Shown: in pieces, positions 49,790-62,703 of the stretch
Layout: each line of letters starts with the position of its first letter
Position numbering within the stretch: position 1 is the stretch's first letter
DNA from: Scyliorhinus canicula
Lineage: Eukaryota
DNA length: 64,000 nt
Direction: 5' to 3'
Assembly (NCBI RefSeq): GCF_902713615.1
Contig: NC_052161.1
Location: 86,778,236 to 86,842,235 of the forward strand
The notes under the pieces: model-generated
Databases searched by the model: none
The model's input: the letters and a program-made list of their open reading frames with translations, nothing else
Told to the model about the DNA's origin: nothing
Position numbers and translations under genes: made by a program

Positions 49790-51851
49790 CAGAAAGGGAT
49801 GGTGGAGGGGGGGGGGGGGGAAATGTCATGGTTGGGGGAAGGTACAGGTTGCACCTGGCAGGAAGGGGGTTGCACCACATTAGCGGGTGAGCAAGTACAG
49901 GGAAGTGCGGGCGAGAAGGGGGGGTTGCGGCACAACGGGGGGGGGGGAGAGTGGGGGGAAAACAGGGGGCACAATGGGGGGAGAGTGGGGGGAAACAGGG
50001 GGCACAACGGGGGGAGAGTGGGGGGAAAACAGGGGGGAGGGAGCTTGGGGTGGGAGGGTTGGAGAAGGGGGAGGGCGGGCAGGCCCAGGGGGAAAGTGAG
50101 GTGTCGGGGCTAGAATACTGGCTACTACAGATCGTACACGGCGACAACACAACCAAGGGTGCCACAAACAGCCATCTTGTGTGACCCCCAAACAAAGGGA
50201 AACACTGGAGTCCAGAGGCACATGCACCAGGTGAGTATGGTTGATCCCACAGGAGTGGGGGGGGGGGGGGGGGGAACAGAAACCCCCCATTAGGATTGTC
50301 ACCTGGAACGTTAGGGGCTTAACGGCCCAGTGAAAAGATCCCGAGTCTTTACCCACCTGAGGAATATGAAAGCCGACATAGTCTTCCTCCAAGAGACACA
50401 CCTGAGAGAGCAGGGCTGACTGCTGGTGGGACAGACCTACCATTCATGCGATGGGATAAGAGTCAGGGGGGTAGCCATACTGCTAAATAAGAGGTTGGTG
50501 ATTACTGCCACAAGGATGGTTATGGACCCAGGGGGACGGTACATCATGGTTAGCGGTGCTCTGGCCAGGGCACCAGTGGTCCTAGTGAACATGTAAGTGC
50601 CCAACTTTTACACCATGGAATTCATGAAAAAGTCCATGGCAGAAATCCCCGATATAGACACACACGGACTCATCATGGGCAGGGTGGGGGACGGGGACGG
50701 GAGGGGACTTTAACTGTGTACAGGGCCCACGGACAGACAGATCAAACCCCAAATCAGGGGGGGAGAAAAAAAATCAAACATGGCGAAGGAACTAGACACG
50801 TTCGTGGAAGAGATGGGGCAGTAGAACCATGGAGGTTCACACACCCAGGGGAGAAGGAGTTTTCCTTCTTCTACCAGTTACATCGGGTCTACACCAGGAT
50901 CGACATCTTTGTAGTGGGGAAATCGGTGCTTCCAGGGATAGGAGCGGAATACTCGGCGACCGTAATTTCCAATCATGCTCCACATTACATGGATGTTAGG
51001 TTACAGATCGGCCAGGCCCAACACACCCAAAGGAGGTTGGACACAGCCCTCCTTGCCGTAAAGGCATTTTACAAAACGATATTACAAGATATAAACGGGT
51101 ATATTACCAACAACCAGAATTGGGAGGTCTCACCCTCCACCTTCTGGGAGGCGCTGAAGGCTGTGATCAGAAGAGAGATTATCACATACACAATGCTCAG
51201 AGACAGATAAGAGAGGGCGGCTAGGCAACAGCTAACCAACTCCATACCATAGGTGGCAATATTCCACGGCCCCAACCGTAGAGCTACTGGCGGAGAGGAA
51301 AAATTGCTACAAATGGACTTTGACCTGCTCTCCATAAGGAAAACAGTGAACCAACTCCGCCAGATGTTGGGGACCTTCTACGAACATGGAGACAAAGCCA
51401 GCCACCTTCTGGCCCACCAGCTGAGAAAGCAGCCAGCCACAAGGGAAAGATCTCAGGTTAAATACAGAAGCAGCAGGCAAAGATCAATGGGCCAACACGG
51501 TAGCATGGTGGTTAGCACAATTGCTTCACAGCTCCAGGGTCCCAGGTTCTATTCCCGGCTTGGGTCACTGTCTGTGTGGAGTCTGCACGTTCTCCCTGTG
51601 TCTGCGTGGGTTTCCTCCGGGTACTCCGGTTTCTTCCCACAGTACAAAGATGTGCAGGTTAGGTGGATTGGCCATGATAAATTGCCATTAGTGTCCAAAA
51701 TTTCCCTTAGTGTTGGGTGGGGTTACTGGGTTATGGGGATAGGGTGGAGGTGTAGGTTTGGGTGAGAGCCGGTGCAGACTCGATGGGCCGAATGGCCTCC
51801 TTCTGCACTGTAAATTCTATGATTTCTATGATAAACCGTTGCAACCTACAG
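49790..51851 (+). mobile_element. L1 family B, endonuclease and linker (5' part)
   Basis: RIVTWNVRG, VFLQETHL, YTRIDIF, SNHAPH, EHGDKASHLLAHQLRKQ. Confidence 0.82.
51490..51829 (+). mobile_element. tRNA-derived SINE in L1 family B
   Basis: Conserved head, body and tail. Confidence 0.88.
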
Positions 51852-54800
51852 TGATATGCAGAAGCAAGTGTAAGTGTAAATATGTTTAGCCTCCAAGCAG
51901 TAGGTGTTAGGTAAGTATAGCACGTGACACGTGGGAGTCTTGAGGAGAGATCATCGTGGTTGGTCATGTTTGTATTAGTTCCAGTTTGATAGCATTAGTT
52001 TCCTACCTAGTTTACTATGCTATGATAAAACTGATTCGTCTTGAACTAGATGTTCTTAGTACACCGACTCAGTAATTGTTTCTGTACAAGAACATAACAT
52101 GGTGCCAGGAGTAGTGATCAAAGATCAGAAATATGAACATTTGAAGGACATAGTCTTCAAATTTGGTGAAACAGTGCGACAAGGAAAACCTGGAATCTCA
52201 TAGGAAATCTCTGAAAACGCAAAACCTGTGCAAGAAGAAAGTGGATACTTTAAAACTCCGAAACAACTTTGTGTAACCGGCAATGTTGATGCCAATTGGT
52301 GCACATTTAAACAACAGTTTACACTGTATGTAGCAGCTCTAGGATTGCAGGTGCAGCCAGATGAAAGAAAGATAGCGTTGTTGCTAACGGTAGCCGGCCC
52401 ACAGGTGATTGAGATTTATAACACCTTCGTATATGAACAAGAGGACAATGGTAAAAGCTTCGATGCTGTCATCTAAAAATTTGACGAGCATTGCACATCG
52501 AAAAAGAATAAAACTTTTTGAGCGATACATATTTCGAACACGCATGCAGAAGATGAGCGAGTCCTTTGATAGATTTCTTACTGACCTCAAGTTGAAAGCA
52601 CAACGTATAATTTTGCGGCTTTAAAATCTGCAATGATTCGAGATCAAATTGTCTTTGGAGTAAATGATGATAAGGTGCGTGAACTTCTCTTACAGGAGAA
52701 TGAGCTTCAGTTAGAGGACACAATTAAGATTTGCCCCGCTCGTAAACGAGCTGAGCAACATATCAGCACATTGAAGAACAAAGTTTTGGCGCGAAAATTG
52801 GGAGCAATGCTGGCGCCATAGATGTTGTGATACACTCAAAAATTAAACATGGTCTCTGCAGCGGCGGCCATTTTAAATGCTCGGTAGAAGCAGCCATTAC
52901 ATGGAAAAGATGTGGAAACTGGCACCTACCGAGGCAATGTACAACTTATGGCAAAATTTGCACAAAGTGCAAAATAATGTTTCACAAGCAAGAAAGTTAG
53001 TGTAGGGAAGTCAATCAATACAATTTATGAAAATAACTTGGAAGGCACATTTTTATTGACGTAGACTCAGATGAAGACAGGACAAACATAGCCAAAAGGA
53101 ATAAAATCTCACCTCCAAGAACAAAAATGATAATGGAATAGTGACAAAGGACAAATGGACAGTTTCTTTGTTGATAAATCAATTGCTTATCACTGTGAAG
53201 TTAGATTCAGGAGCAAGAGCAAACCTAATAAGCATCAGTGATATCAAGGCTGTGCAATTAAAACCGAGAATATTGAACAAACCAGTCTTCTCGAAGGACT
53301 ATAATGGTCAGAGAATGGACACATTGGGAATGTGTGAATTGGACGCACAAGTAAAAGATAAAGTGCACAAAATTAAAATTCTCGATACTAGCTGAAGATT
53401 GTGAGTCATTATTAGATGGTGAAGTGTGTGAACCACTGGAACTGGTGAGAAGAGTGTATAACACTGACTGTGTACTGAGCACACAGAGTGGATCAGTGGG
53501 GTCCATTGTGCTGGCTTTTCCAGAAATATTCCAGGGTTTTGGTGTTTTACCTTTCACTGACAGGATTCAATTAAACAATGATGCTCAATCAGTGATGTAT
53601 GTTCCGAGAAGAGTTCCAGCACCATTACGTGACCGTGTGAAAGCTGAATTAGACAGGATGACACATTTTGACGTTATAAAAAAGATTGAAGAGCCGACAG
53701 ATTGGGTCAATTCGATGGTATGTGTAAAAAAAAGATACAATGATCTTCGAATATGTATGGATCCCAAAATTTAAATGCAAATATAAAACGGGAACACTAT
53801 TCGATACCTAAAAGAGAGGAGATCACAAGTGAGGTATCTGGTGCAAAATATTTCAGCAAATCTGATGCTTCGCAAGGATTCTGGCAGCTCAAGCTAGATG
53901 AAGAAAGTACCAAGTATTGTACGTTCAATACTCCGTTTGGTAGATATTGCTTTCTTCATATTCCCTTTGGCATAATCTCAGCATCAGGAATATTCCACAG
54001 AGCGATGGAACATATTACTGAAGGCATTCAGGATGTTCGAGTATATGTCGATGACATCATCATTTGGGGTTCCACCCAAGAGGAACACAATGACAGGCTA
54101 ATTAGGGTATTACAAAATTCAACAAAGCCAAATGTCAGTTTGGTGTAAATAAATAGCGTTCCTCGGAGAACGATTACCGGCTCAAGGAATAGAACCTGAT
54201 GACATTAATAATAATCTTTGTTAGTGTCACAAGTAGGCTTACATTAACACTGCAATGAAGTTACTATGAAAAGCCTCTCGTTGCCACACTCCGTTACACT
54301 GAGGGAGAATTTAGAATGTCCAATTCACCTAACAGCATGTCTTTCTAGACTTGTGGGAGGAAACCGGAGCACCCGGAGGAAACCCACGCAGACACAGGGA
54401 GAAATTGCAGACTCCGCACAGACAAGCCTGGAATTGAACCTGGGTTCCTGGCGCTGTGAAGCAACAGTGCTAACCATTGTGCTTCCCATGCCGCCCATAA
54501 GATACAAGTCATCCTGAATATGCCTTGACCTACAGATTAAAAGGGAGTACTAAGAGTACTGGACATGATCAACTTCATTGGAAAGTTCATACCAAATCTC
54601 TCAGCAAAGACAGCAGGTCTCAGAGATATCCTGCAGAAAGTGAACATCACTTGGACTGAACAGTATGAACAAGAATGGATAAGACTAAAGAAAGCTCTAA
54701 AGACCACACCAGTATTAACATTTCTCGATCCAACAAAAACTACCCAAGATTTCAACAGATGCATTGAAGGATGGTCTGGGTGCAGTATTGCTGCAACAGG

Positions 54801-55700
54801 ACAATGGTAGCCATTGGAAACCAGTGCCATGCTTCAAGATCTATGACAGAATCTGAATGTCTTTATGTACAAATAGAAAAAGAGAGTTTAGGGCTAGTGA
54901 ATGGTTTGGAGAAATTCCGTAACTACCTATCTGGTCTACCTACTTTCATTGTCAAGACAGATCTAGCTCATCAGCAAATTGTGTAATCATGCACACAAAA
55001 GAACATTTGCACGACATGGAATACCTGAGTTAGTAATGAGTGGTAATTGACCATGCTTCACAGTAAAGAATGGCAGAAAGTTGCACAGCAATATGATTTT
55101 AAGCATTAACGTCAAGTCCATTATAACCGCAATCAAACGGCAAAGCAGAAATGGGGTTCAGATAGTCAAGCAATGACTGAGGAAGGCCATGGACAGTACA
55201 GATGATCCATATTTAGCACTGCTCAGTTACCGAACATCTCCATTAAGTTGTGGTTTATCGGCAGCAGAAATGTTGATGAATCTGAAACTACGAATAACTC
55301 TGCCATGCCAGACCGAGCAAAGGCTGAATGAGAAGATAAGGGATCAGATGGAATCTCAGAAAAAGAAACAAAAGGAATATTATGCCAAGTCTACCAGGAG
55401 TCTGAAACCTTTGAAACTGAATGACATGGTGAGAGTGGAGGATCCTGATGACTGGTCAAAACGTGCTAAGGTATTGCAGAAAACAGGTCCAAGGTCCTGT
55501 ACTGTGATAACTGAGCAAGGACAGGTTTGAAGGGGGAATAGACGAGCACTCCTAAAAGTGAAGCAACCTGTTGCTGAACAGCGAGGTGAGGATGGATATG
55601 AAAGTTTACATTCATCGAAACCGACACAACCAGTGAACGGGTTAAATGTCAAAGTACAGAATGATGTTCAGAACAATGATACAATCACAGCAGATGGACC
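51852..55700 (+). mobile_element. Same Gypsy element, copy 2, with 5' LTR (about 51852-52099) and tRNA-Leu-like PBS
   Basis: Near-identical to 1-3480. The LTR ends ..aacataaCA at 52099 and is followed by TGGTGCCAGGAGT. The LTR start is approximate. Confidence 0.88.
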
Positions 55701-57380
55701 TACAGAATAATAATAATCATCTTTTTATTGTCACAAGTAGGCATACATTAACACTGCAATCAAGTTACTGTGAAAAGTCCCTAGTCTCCACATTCCGGCG
55801 CCTGTTCACGTACACAGAGGGAGAATTCTGAATTCAGAATGGCAGCCATGGAGTGAGAGGTCGCTTATTTGGTAGCTCCCACTCATGGTGGACCTTTGGA
55901 ACCCTTTCCCCCGACTTATGGTGGATTTGATCGGCAAAGTAGGAGATTGATGAGGTGGAGGAGATGGATTCCCCACCAGTGTGTGGATTCATGGACCAGA
56001 AGTGGTCTGCAAAAGAGAGATTGTTGGGCAAAGAAGGGAGTGGAGTCTGCAGCACAGGAGAATATGGTGAAGGCTCAGGGACTGGGATTGCTGACCCAGT
56101 GGTCAATGGAGCAGCTGGTGGAATTCCTTCAGGAGAGCTTTGCCAAGCAAAGACAAGAGTACCTGGGCCAGATTTAAGACGGGGATTGACCGGGTGGAGC
56201 AAAGATTGGAAGCCCAGGGCCAGGCCATCCAGAAGGTGGACGAGGTGGTGGCTGAGTATGAGGACCAGCTAGCCGCGATGGCGGCGGAGATGGAGCTGAT
56301 GAGGGACCACCAGAAAAGGCTGCAGAAGAAGGTGGAGGATCTGGAGAACAGGTCGCGTAGGCAGAATTGGAGGATCGTTGGCCTCCCGGATGGCAGCGCG
56401 GGATCGGACACAGGGGCATATGTGGCACGTATGTTCAAGAAGCTGCTGGGGGAAGGTGCATTTACTCGACCCTTGGAAGTGGACAGGGCGCACAGAGCGC
56501 TAGTGAGGAAGCCACGAATGAATGAGCAGCCGAGGGCGATGGTGATACGAATGAACTGGTTCCTGGATAAGGAACAGATCTTGGCCGTGGGCCAGGCAGA
56601 CGAGGAGCTGTAAATGGGAGAATAATCAGCTGTGCATTTACCAAGACGTGGGCACAGAACTGGCCAAAAGAAGAGAGAGCTTCAACAAAGTTAAAACGGC
56701 CCTTTTCAAGAAGGGGGTGAAGTTCGGCATGTTGCACCCAGCTCGTTTGTGGGTCACGGATGAGGGTCAAGAACTTTATTTCAGATCGCCTGGGGAGGCA
56801 ATGAACTTTGTTAAGGACAGGGCACTGGCAGGTAAGGAGGACATTGAACTTGTGGACGAGTAATTCTGTGCCTATGCTGCTAAATATATTTTCTTTTTGA
56901 GCTGTGTATGTAGTGTTTTGTACCTTTTTTTGGGCCGTTGCTCAGTTTTGTACGTGGGTGAACTTTGCTCATAATGGGGGATGGTGGGTGGAATTTCCTT
57001 CTTTGTGTTTGTTGGGTATTGTGATGTTTTGCATATGTATGTTCGAGCGGGGGGAGGAGGGAGATCAGTGGGGGGGTAGGATGCTTGGCGCCATGGGCGG
57101 GGGCTACCAGGTTAGCTGGGCGGGCTAGCTCGCGGAAGCACAGAGGGGGGCGAGTAGGTGACAAGTTTGATATGGGGGGTTGGTATTGTTGTTATGTTTG
57201 GGGGGCGAGGGGGGGGGAACAAACTGGAGGTCAATGACGGTGGGCGCCTGAGGGCGGACCTGAGGAGGCACGGGATGCGGGCTGGCCTAAGAAGGGTGAT
57301 GGTTGATCAGGGGGGGGGGGGGGGGGGGTGACCAGGCTGATCACATGGAACGTGAGAGGGCTGAGTGTGCCGGTCAAGAG

Positions 57381-57844
57381 TGTTTAGTTATGCTCTTGAC
57401 TTAGCATAAGCTGCTTCCTGATGTGCACTCTGACAAAGGAAGGTTCAGACTTGGAAATAGCTTTAACACATTTATTGAACTGTTAACGATTCTCCTACTT
57501 GGATTTGACTCTCCTGTTAATCCTGCTATAGTTACTCAGACTGACGAACCAGTCTGCTACAATCCAGGTGGTGGGTGTGATGTGTTTCAAATCAACCCTG
57601 TGTACACACTGAGAGTCTCCACTGGAAAGAAGAAGATCATGTGTGCTGTGTCCTTTTATATGGGTTGGTGTAATGCCCCCCTGTGGTAGTGTCACCTCTG
57701 TGTGCCCATTGGTCGTGTCCTATCTTACTGACCTATTGGTTGAATGTCTGTGTGTCATGTCTCTGGTGCTCCCTCTAGTGTCTAGCTAGTTTTCGTGTAT
57801 TAACATTAACCCCTTGTGTATTTACAGTGATGCACATCACCACA
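57381..57844 (-). mobile_element. Solo LTR, duplicate of 5175-5638
   Basis: TG..CA ends, TSD AAGAG, same insertion point in the L1. Confidence 0.88.
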
Positions 57845-59962
57845 AAGAGGGCTCGTGTGATCTCGCATCTGAAGAGGCTGAAGGTGGACGTGGCAATGCT
57901 GCAGGAGACACACCTGAGGGTAGTGGATCAGACTAGGCTGAGGAAGGGCAGGTATTTCATTCAGGGCTAGACTCTAAAATTAGAGGGTTTGCGATCTTGA
58001 TCAATAAGCAGGTGTCATTTGAGGTAGGGAATAATGTGGCAGACTCAGGGAGTAGGTATGCTATGGTGAGTGGGAAGCTGGAGCGGATGCCGGTGGTATT
58101 AGTGAATATCTAAGCACCAAACTGGGACAACGCGGAGTTTACATGTCGGGTGTTGGGGAAGATCCCGGACCTGGACTTACATAGGCTGATCATGGCATGG
58201 GACTTTAATGCGGTCATTGATCTGAGGTTGGATCAGTAGAGTTCAAGGAACTAAAGGGGTTTATGGAACAGTTGGGGGGGGTTGGGGGTTGGGTAGATCC
58301 GTGGAGGTTCGCATGGTCAAGAGCGAAGGAGTTTTCTTTTTCTCCCATGTTCACAAAGTGTACCGTACTGTTTTCATTTTGAACAGGGCTTTGCTGGCGG
58401 GGATGGTAGATGCCGAGTATTCGGCGATTGTTGTGTCGGACCATGCCCCACACTGGGTGGATTTACGGGTGAGCAAGGAGGGGGGTCAGCCTGCAATGGA
58501 GATTGGATGTAGGACTGTTAGCGAATGAGGGAGTGTGCGGACGGGTGGGGGAGGCCATCCAGAATTATTTGGAGATCAATGACACAGGGGAGGTTTCGGC
58601 AGCGACAGTGTGGGAGGCGCTGAAGGCAGTGGTTAGGGGGGAGCTAATTTTGATACGGGCTCATAGGGAAAAGGTGAAGCAGGCAGAGATGGATAGGCTG
58701 GTTAGGGAGATACTCCGGGTGGATAGAAGGTATTCTCAAGCCCTGGAGGCGGGACTGTTGAAGGAGCGGCAGATGCTGCAGATGGAGTTTGGTCTGATAT
58801 CCACAGGGAAGGCGGTGGGGCAGTTGAGGAAGGCGAGGGGGTCGGTATATGAGTATGGTGCTGGCACACCAGCTAAGGGTGAGGGAGACAGGAAGAGTAA
58901 AGGACAGAGGAGGGAATACGGTCTTGGACCCAGCGGGGGGGTGAACGGGGTGTTCAGGGAGTTTTACAGTCGGCTGTATGAGTTGGAGACCCCAGCTGGG
59001 GTGGAGGGGATGAGGCAGTTTTTGGAAGGGTAGAAGTTTCCGAAGGTGGAGGAAGGGTTGGGAGCCCCGATCGGGATTGTAGAAGTAGTAGAGGGATTGG
59101 AGGACATGCAGTTGGGGAAGGCCCCGGGACCAGATGGTTACCGAACTGGAATTTTATAAGAAGTTTTCTGGGATGGTGGGCCTGCTGCTGGAAAGAGCAT
59201 TTAATGAGACAAGGGAGTGAGGTGCCCTTCCCCCCCAACAATGTCACAGGCTTCGATCTCATTGATCCTGAAGCGGGTGAAGGACCTAGAGCAATGCGAG
59301 ACATTCAGATCAATCTCCCTACTGAATGTTGATGCCAAATCGCTGGCCAAAATTCTAGCCTCGAGGATACAGGACTGTTCCGGGGGTGATAGGGGAAGAC
59401 CAGGTGGGGTTTGTCAAAGGCAGGCAAGGTAACGGCCAAAGTTTGAAGGCTCCTGAATGTGACCATGATGCCCGCCGAGGGAGAGGGTGGGAGGGGGGGT
59501 CACCATGGATACGGAGAAGGCCTATGACCGGATGGAGTGGAATTATCTGTGGGAGGTCCTGGGACGGTTTGTGTTTGGGCAGGGCTTTGTTGATTGGGTT
59601 CAGTTGCTGTACCAGGCACCGGTGGCAAGTGTGCAGACAAACCGGGTGAACTCAAACTACTTTAGACTGCATCGGGGGACGAGGCAAGGATGTCCCCTCT
59701 CCCCACTGTTGTTTGCCTTGGCTATAGAGCCATCGGCGATGGCGCTGAGAGCGTCGAAGGACAGGAAGGGGCTAGCCCGGTGGGGGGGGGGGGGGGGGGG
59801 GGGGAGTTGGATCACAGGGTCTCGCTGTACGCAGACAACCTACTCCTGTATATTTCTGACCCGTATAGGGGGGGATGGGATAGGTTATGTGGATATTAGG
59901 GGAATTTGGCCGGTTCTCGGGGTACAAATTGAATATGGGTAAGAGCGAGGTTTTTGTGATCC

Positions 59963-60612
59963 AGGCGAGGGGGCAGGAGAGGAGGCGAGGGGGCAGGAGA
60001 GGAGGCAGGAGTGGAGGCGAGGGGGCAGGAGAGGAGGCGAGGGGGCAGGAGAGGAGGTGAGGGGGCAGGAGAGGAGGTGAGGGGGCAGGAGAGGAGGCGA
60101 GGTGGCAGGAGAGGAGGTGAGGGGGCAGGAGAGGAGGCGAGGGGGCAGGAGAGGAGGCAGGAGAGGAGGCGAGGGGGCAGGAGAGGAGGCGAGGGGGCAG
60201 GAGAGGAGACGAGGTGGCAGGAGAGGAGGTGAGGGGGCAGGAGAGGAGGCGAGGTGGCAGGAGAGGAGGTGAGGGGGCAGGAGAGGAGGCAAGGGGGCAG
60301 GAGAGGAGGCGAGGGGGCAGGAGAGGAGGCGAGGTGGCAGGAGAGGAGGCAAGGTGGCAGGAGAGGAGGCGAGGTGGCAGGAGAAGAGGCAAGGTGGCAG
60401 GAGAGGAGGCGAGGTGGCAGGAGAGGAGGTGAGGGGGCAGGAGAGGAGGTGAGGGGGCAGGAGAGGAGGCGAGGTGGCAGGAGAGGAGGGGAGGTGGCAG
60501 GAGAGGAGGTGAGGGGGCAGGAGAGGAGGCGAGGTGGCAGGAGAGGAGGTGAGGGGGCAGGAGAGGAGGTGAGGGGGCAGGAGAGGAGGCGAGGTGGCAG
60601 GAGAGGAGGCTG
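59963..60612 (+). repeat. Same 20-bp minisatellite in copy 2, longer
   Basis: About 32 units. Confidence 0.95.
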
Positions 60613-61662
60613 GGGGAGCAGCCTTTCAAAGTGGTGGGAGTGAGTTTTTGCTACTTGCGAATTCAGGTGGCACGGGGATGGGAGCAGCTACAAAAATCAA
60701 ATCTGGCCCAGTTAGTTGAGCAAATGAAGGAGGATTTCCGGAGGTGGGACATGCTCCCGTTGTCACTGGCGGGGTGGGTACAGACTAAAAATGACAGTCC
60801 TCCCCAGATTTTTGTTTGTTTTCCAATGCCTCTATAATTTGATACCAAAGGCCTTTTTTAAGCGGGTAAATAGGGTGATATTTCTGTTTGTGTGGGCGGG
60901 TAAAACCCTGCGAGAAAAGACAGTGGTGCCGGGGGTGTGTGTGTGTGTGTGTGATGGGGGGGGGGGGGGGGGGGGGGGGGGGGCTGGCACTGCCGAACTT
61001 TAGGAATTACTACTGGACGGCAAATATAGCCATGATTAGGAAGTGGGTAGTGGAGAAGGGGTCGGTGTGGAAGCGGGTGGAGACGGCCTCATGTAAGGGT
61101 ACAAGTTTGGGGGCATTGGTAACGGCTCCTCTGCCGTTCTCGCCGGCCCGGTACTCCGCAAGACCGGTGGTAGTGGCGGCTCTGAGAGTCTGGGGCAGTG
61201 GCGGAAGCTTTTGGGAGTGGACGGTGCGTCGGTGTGGGCTCCAGTTTGTGGTAATCACCAGTTTGTACCGGGGAGGATGGATGAGGGGTTTCGGAGGTGG
61301 GAACGAACAGGGAGTGAGAGGCTGGGGGATCTGTCTATTGATGGCAGCTTTCCCTGTTTGGAGGATCTGGAAGAGGAGTTTGAATTGCCGGGAGGGAATG
61401 GGTTTCGGTATCTGTAGCTGAGGGATTTTGTGCAAAGGCAGGTTTCGACCTTTCCGCTTCTACCATCGCAGGGGATACAGGATAAGGTAGTCTCTAGGAT
61501 GGGAGTGGGGAAGGGGAAGGTATCGGAAATCTATAAAGAACTTAGTAATGGGAGGAAACCCAGATGGATGAGTTAAAGCGTAAATGGGAAGATGAGCTGG
61601 GAAGGGAGTTAGAGGCGGGTCTGTGGGAGGATGTCCTGAGCAGAATCAACACGTCCTCATCA

Positions 61663-62009
61663 TTATTACATAGAATTTACAGTGCAGAAGGAGGCCATTC
61701 GGCCCATCGAGTGTGCACCGGCTCCTGGAAAGAGCACCCTACCCAAGGTTAACACCTCCACCCTATCCCCATAACCCAGTAACCCCACCCAACACTAAGG
61801 GCAATTTTGGACACTAAGGGGCAATTTAGCAGGGCCAATCCACCTAATCTGCACATCTTTGGACTGTGGGAGGAAACCAGAGCACCCGGGGGAAACCCAC
61901 GCACACACGGGGAGGATGTGCAGATTCCGCACAGACAGTGACCCAAGCCGGAATTGAACCTGGGACCCTGTGAAGCGATTGTGCTATCCACAATGCTACC
62001 GTGCTGCCC
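61663..62009 (-). mobile_element. SINE present only in duplication copy 2
   Basis: Empty site in copy 1 at about 9052 (tcctcatcatgtgccagg). Confidence 0.9.
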
Positions 62010-62703
62010 GTGTGCCAGGCTCAGCCCCTGATACAATTCAAGGTGGTTCACTGGGCACACATGACGGTGGCCCGGATGAGCAGGTTTTTTGGAGTGCAGG
62101 ATAGGTGTATGAGGTGTGCAGGAGGGCCCACAAATCATGTCCACAAGGTTTGGGCACGTCTGAAGCTTGGGGGATTCAGGCAGAGATTTGCGGATGTCAT
62201 GTCCACGGTACTAAAAACGAGGGTGGCACCGAATCCAGAGGTGGCGATTTCGGGAGTGTCGAAAGACCCGGGAGACCAGGGGGCAAGAGAGGCTGACATC
62301 TTGGTCTTTGCCTCCTTGGGAGCCCAGAGGCAGATATGATTGGCATGGGGAGACTCAAAGCCCCCGAAATCGGGGATATGGGTTAGTGACATGGCCGGGT
62401 TTCTCAGGCTTGAGAAAATGAAGTTCGCTCTGCGAGGATCAACGTTAGGGTTCGTCAGGAGGTGGCAGCCGTTTATCAACTTCTTCGGGGAAAATTAAAC
62501 TGTTAGCAGATACAATAAGGGGGAGGTTAGGGGTAAGGGGGGGGGGGTAGGGGGGAATTAGGCTAGTTTTGGTCTAGATTGGACAGGAACAGTGGGAGAT
62601 GGAGGAATGTGTTATGCACTGAATTATATTTACATTTGCATTTGTATCTTTTATTGTCATAAAACCATAAATACCTTAATATAAAATGTTTGTAAAAAAA
62701 AAA

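Larger units (their letters stand above)
55840..62703 (+). mobile_element. Degenerate L1-clade LINE (family A), copy 2
   Basis: Collinear with 3626-9740, with the same solo-LTR insertion and the same internal minisatellite. Confidence 0.9.

Noticed and set aside
49640-49800. Minus-strand frame with a hydrophobic run and RCHC resembling a CD4 TM plus CxC tail
   Set aside because: The hydrophobicity comes from a pyrimidine tract, there is no matching exon structure, and the frame runs on into the minisatellite.
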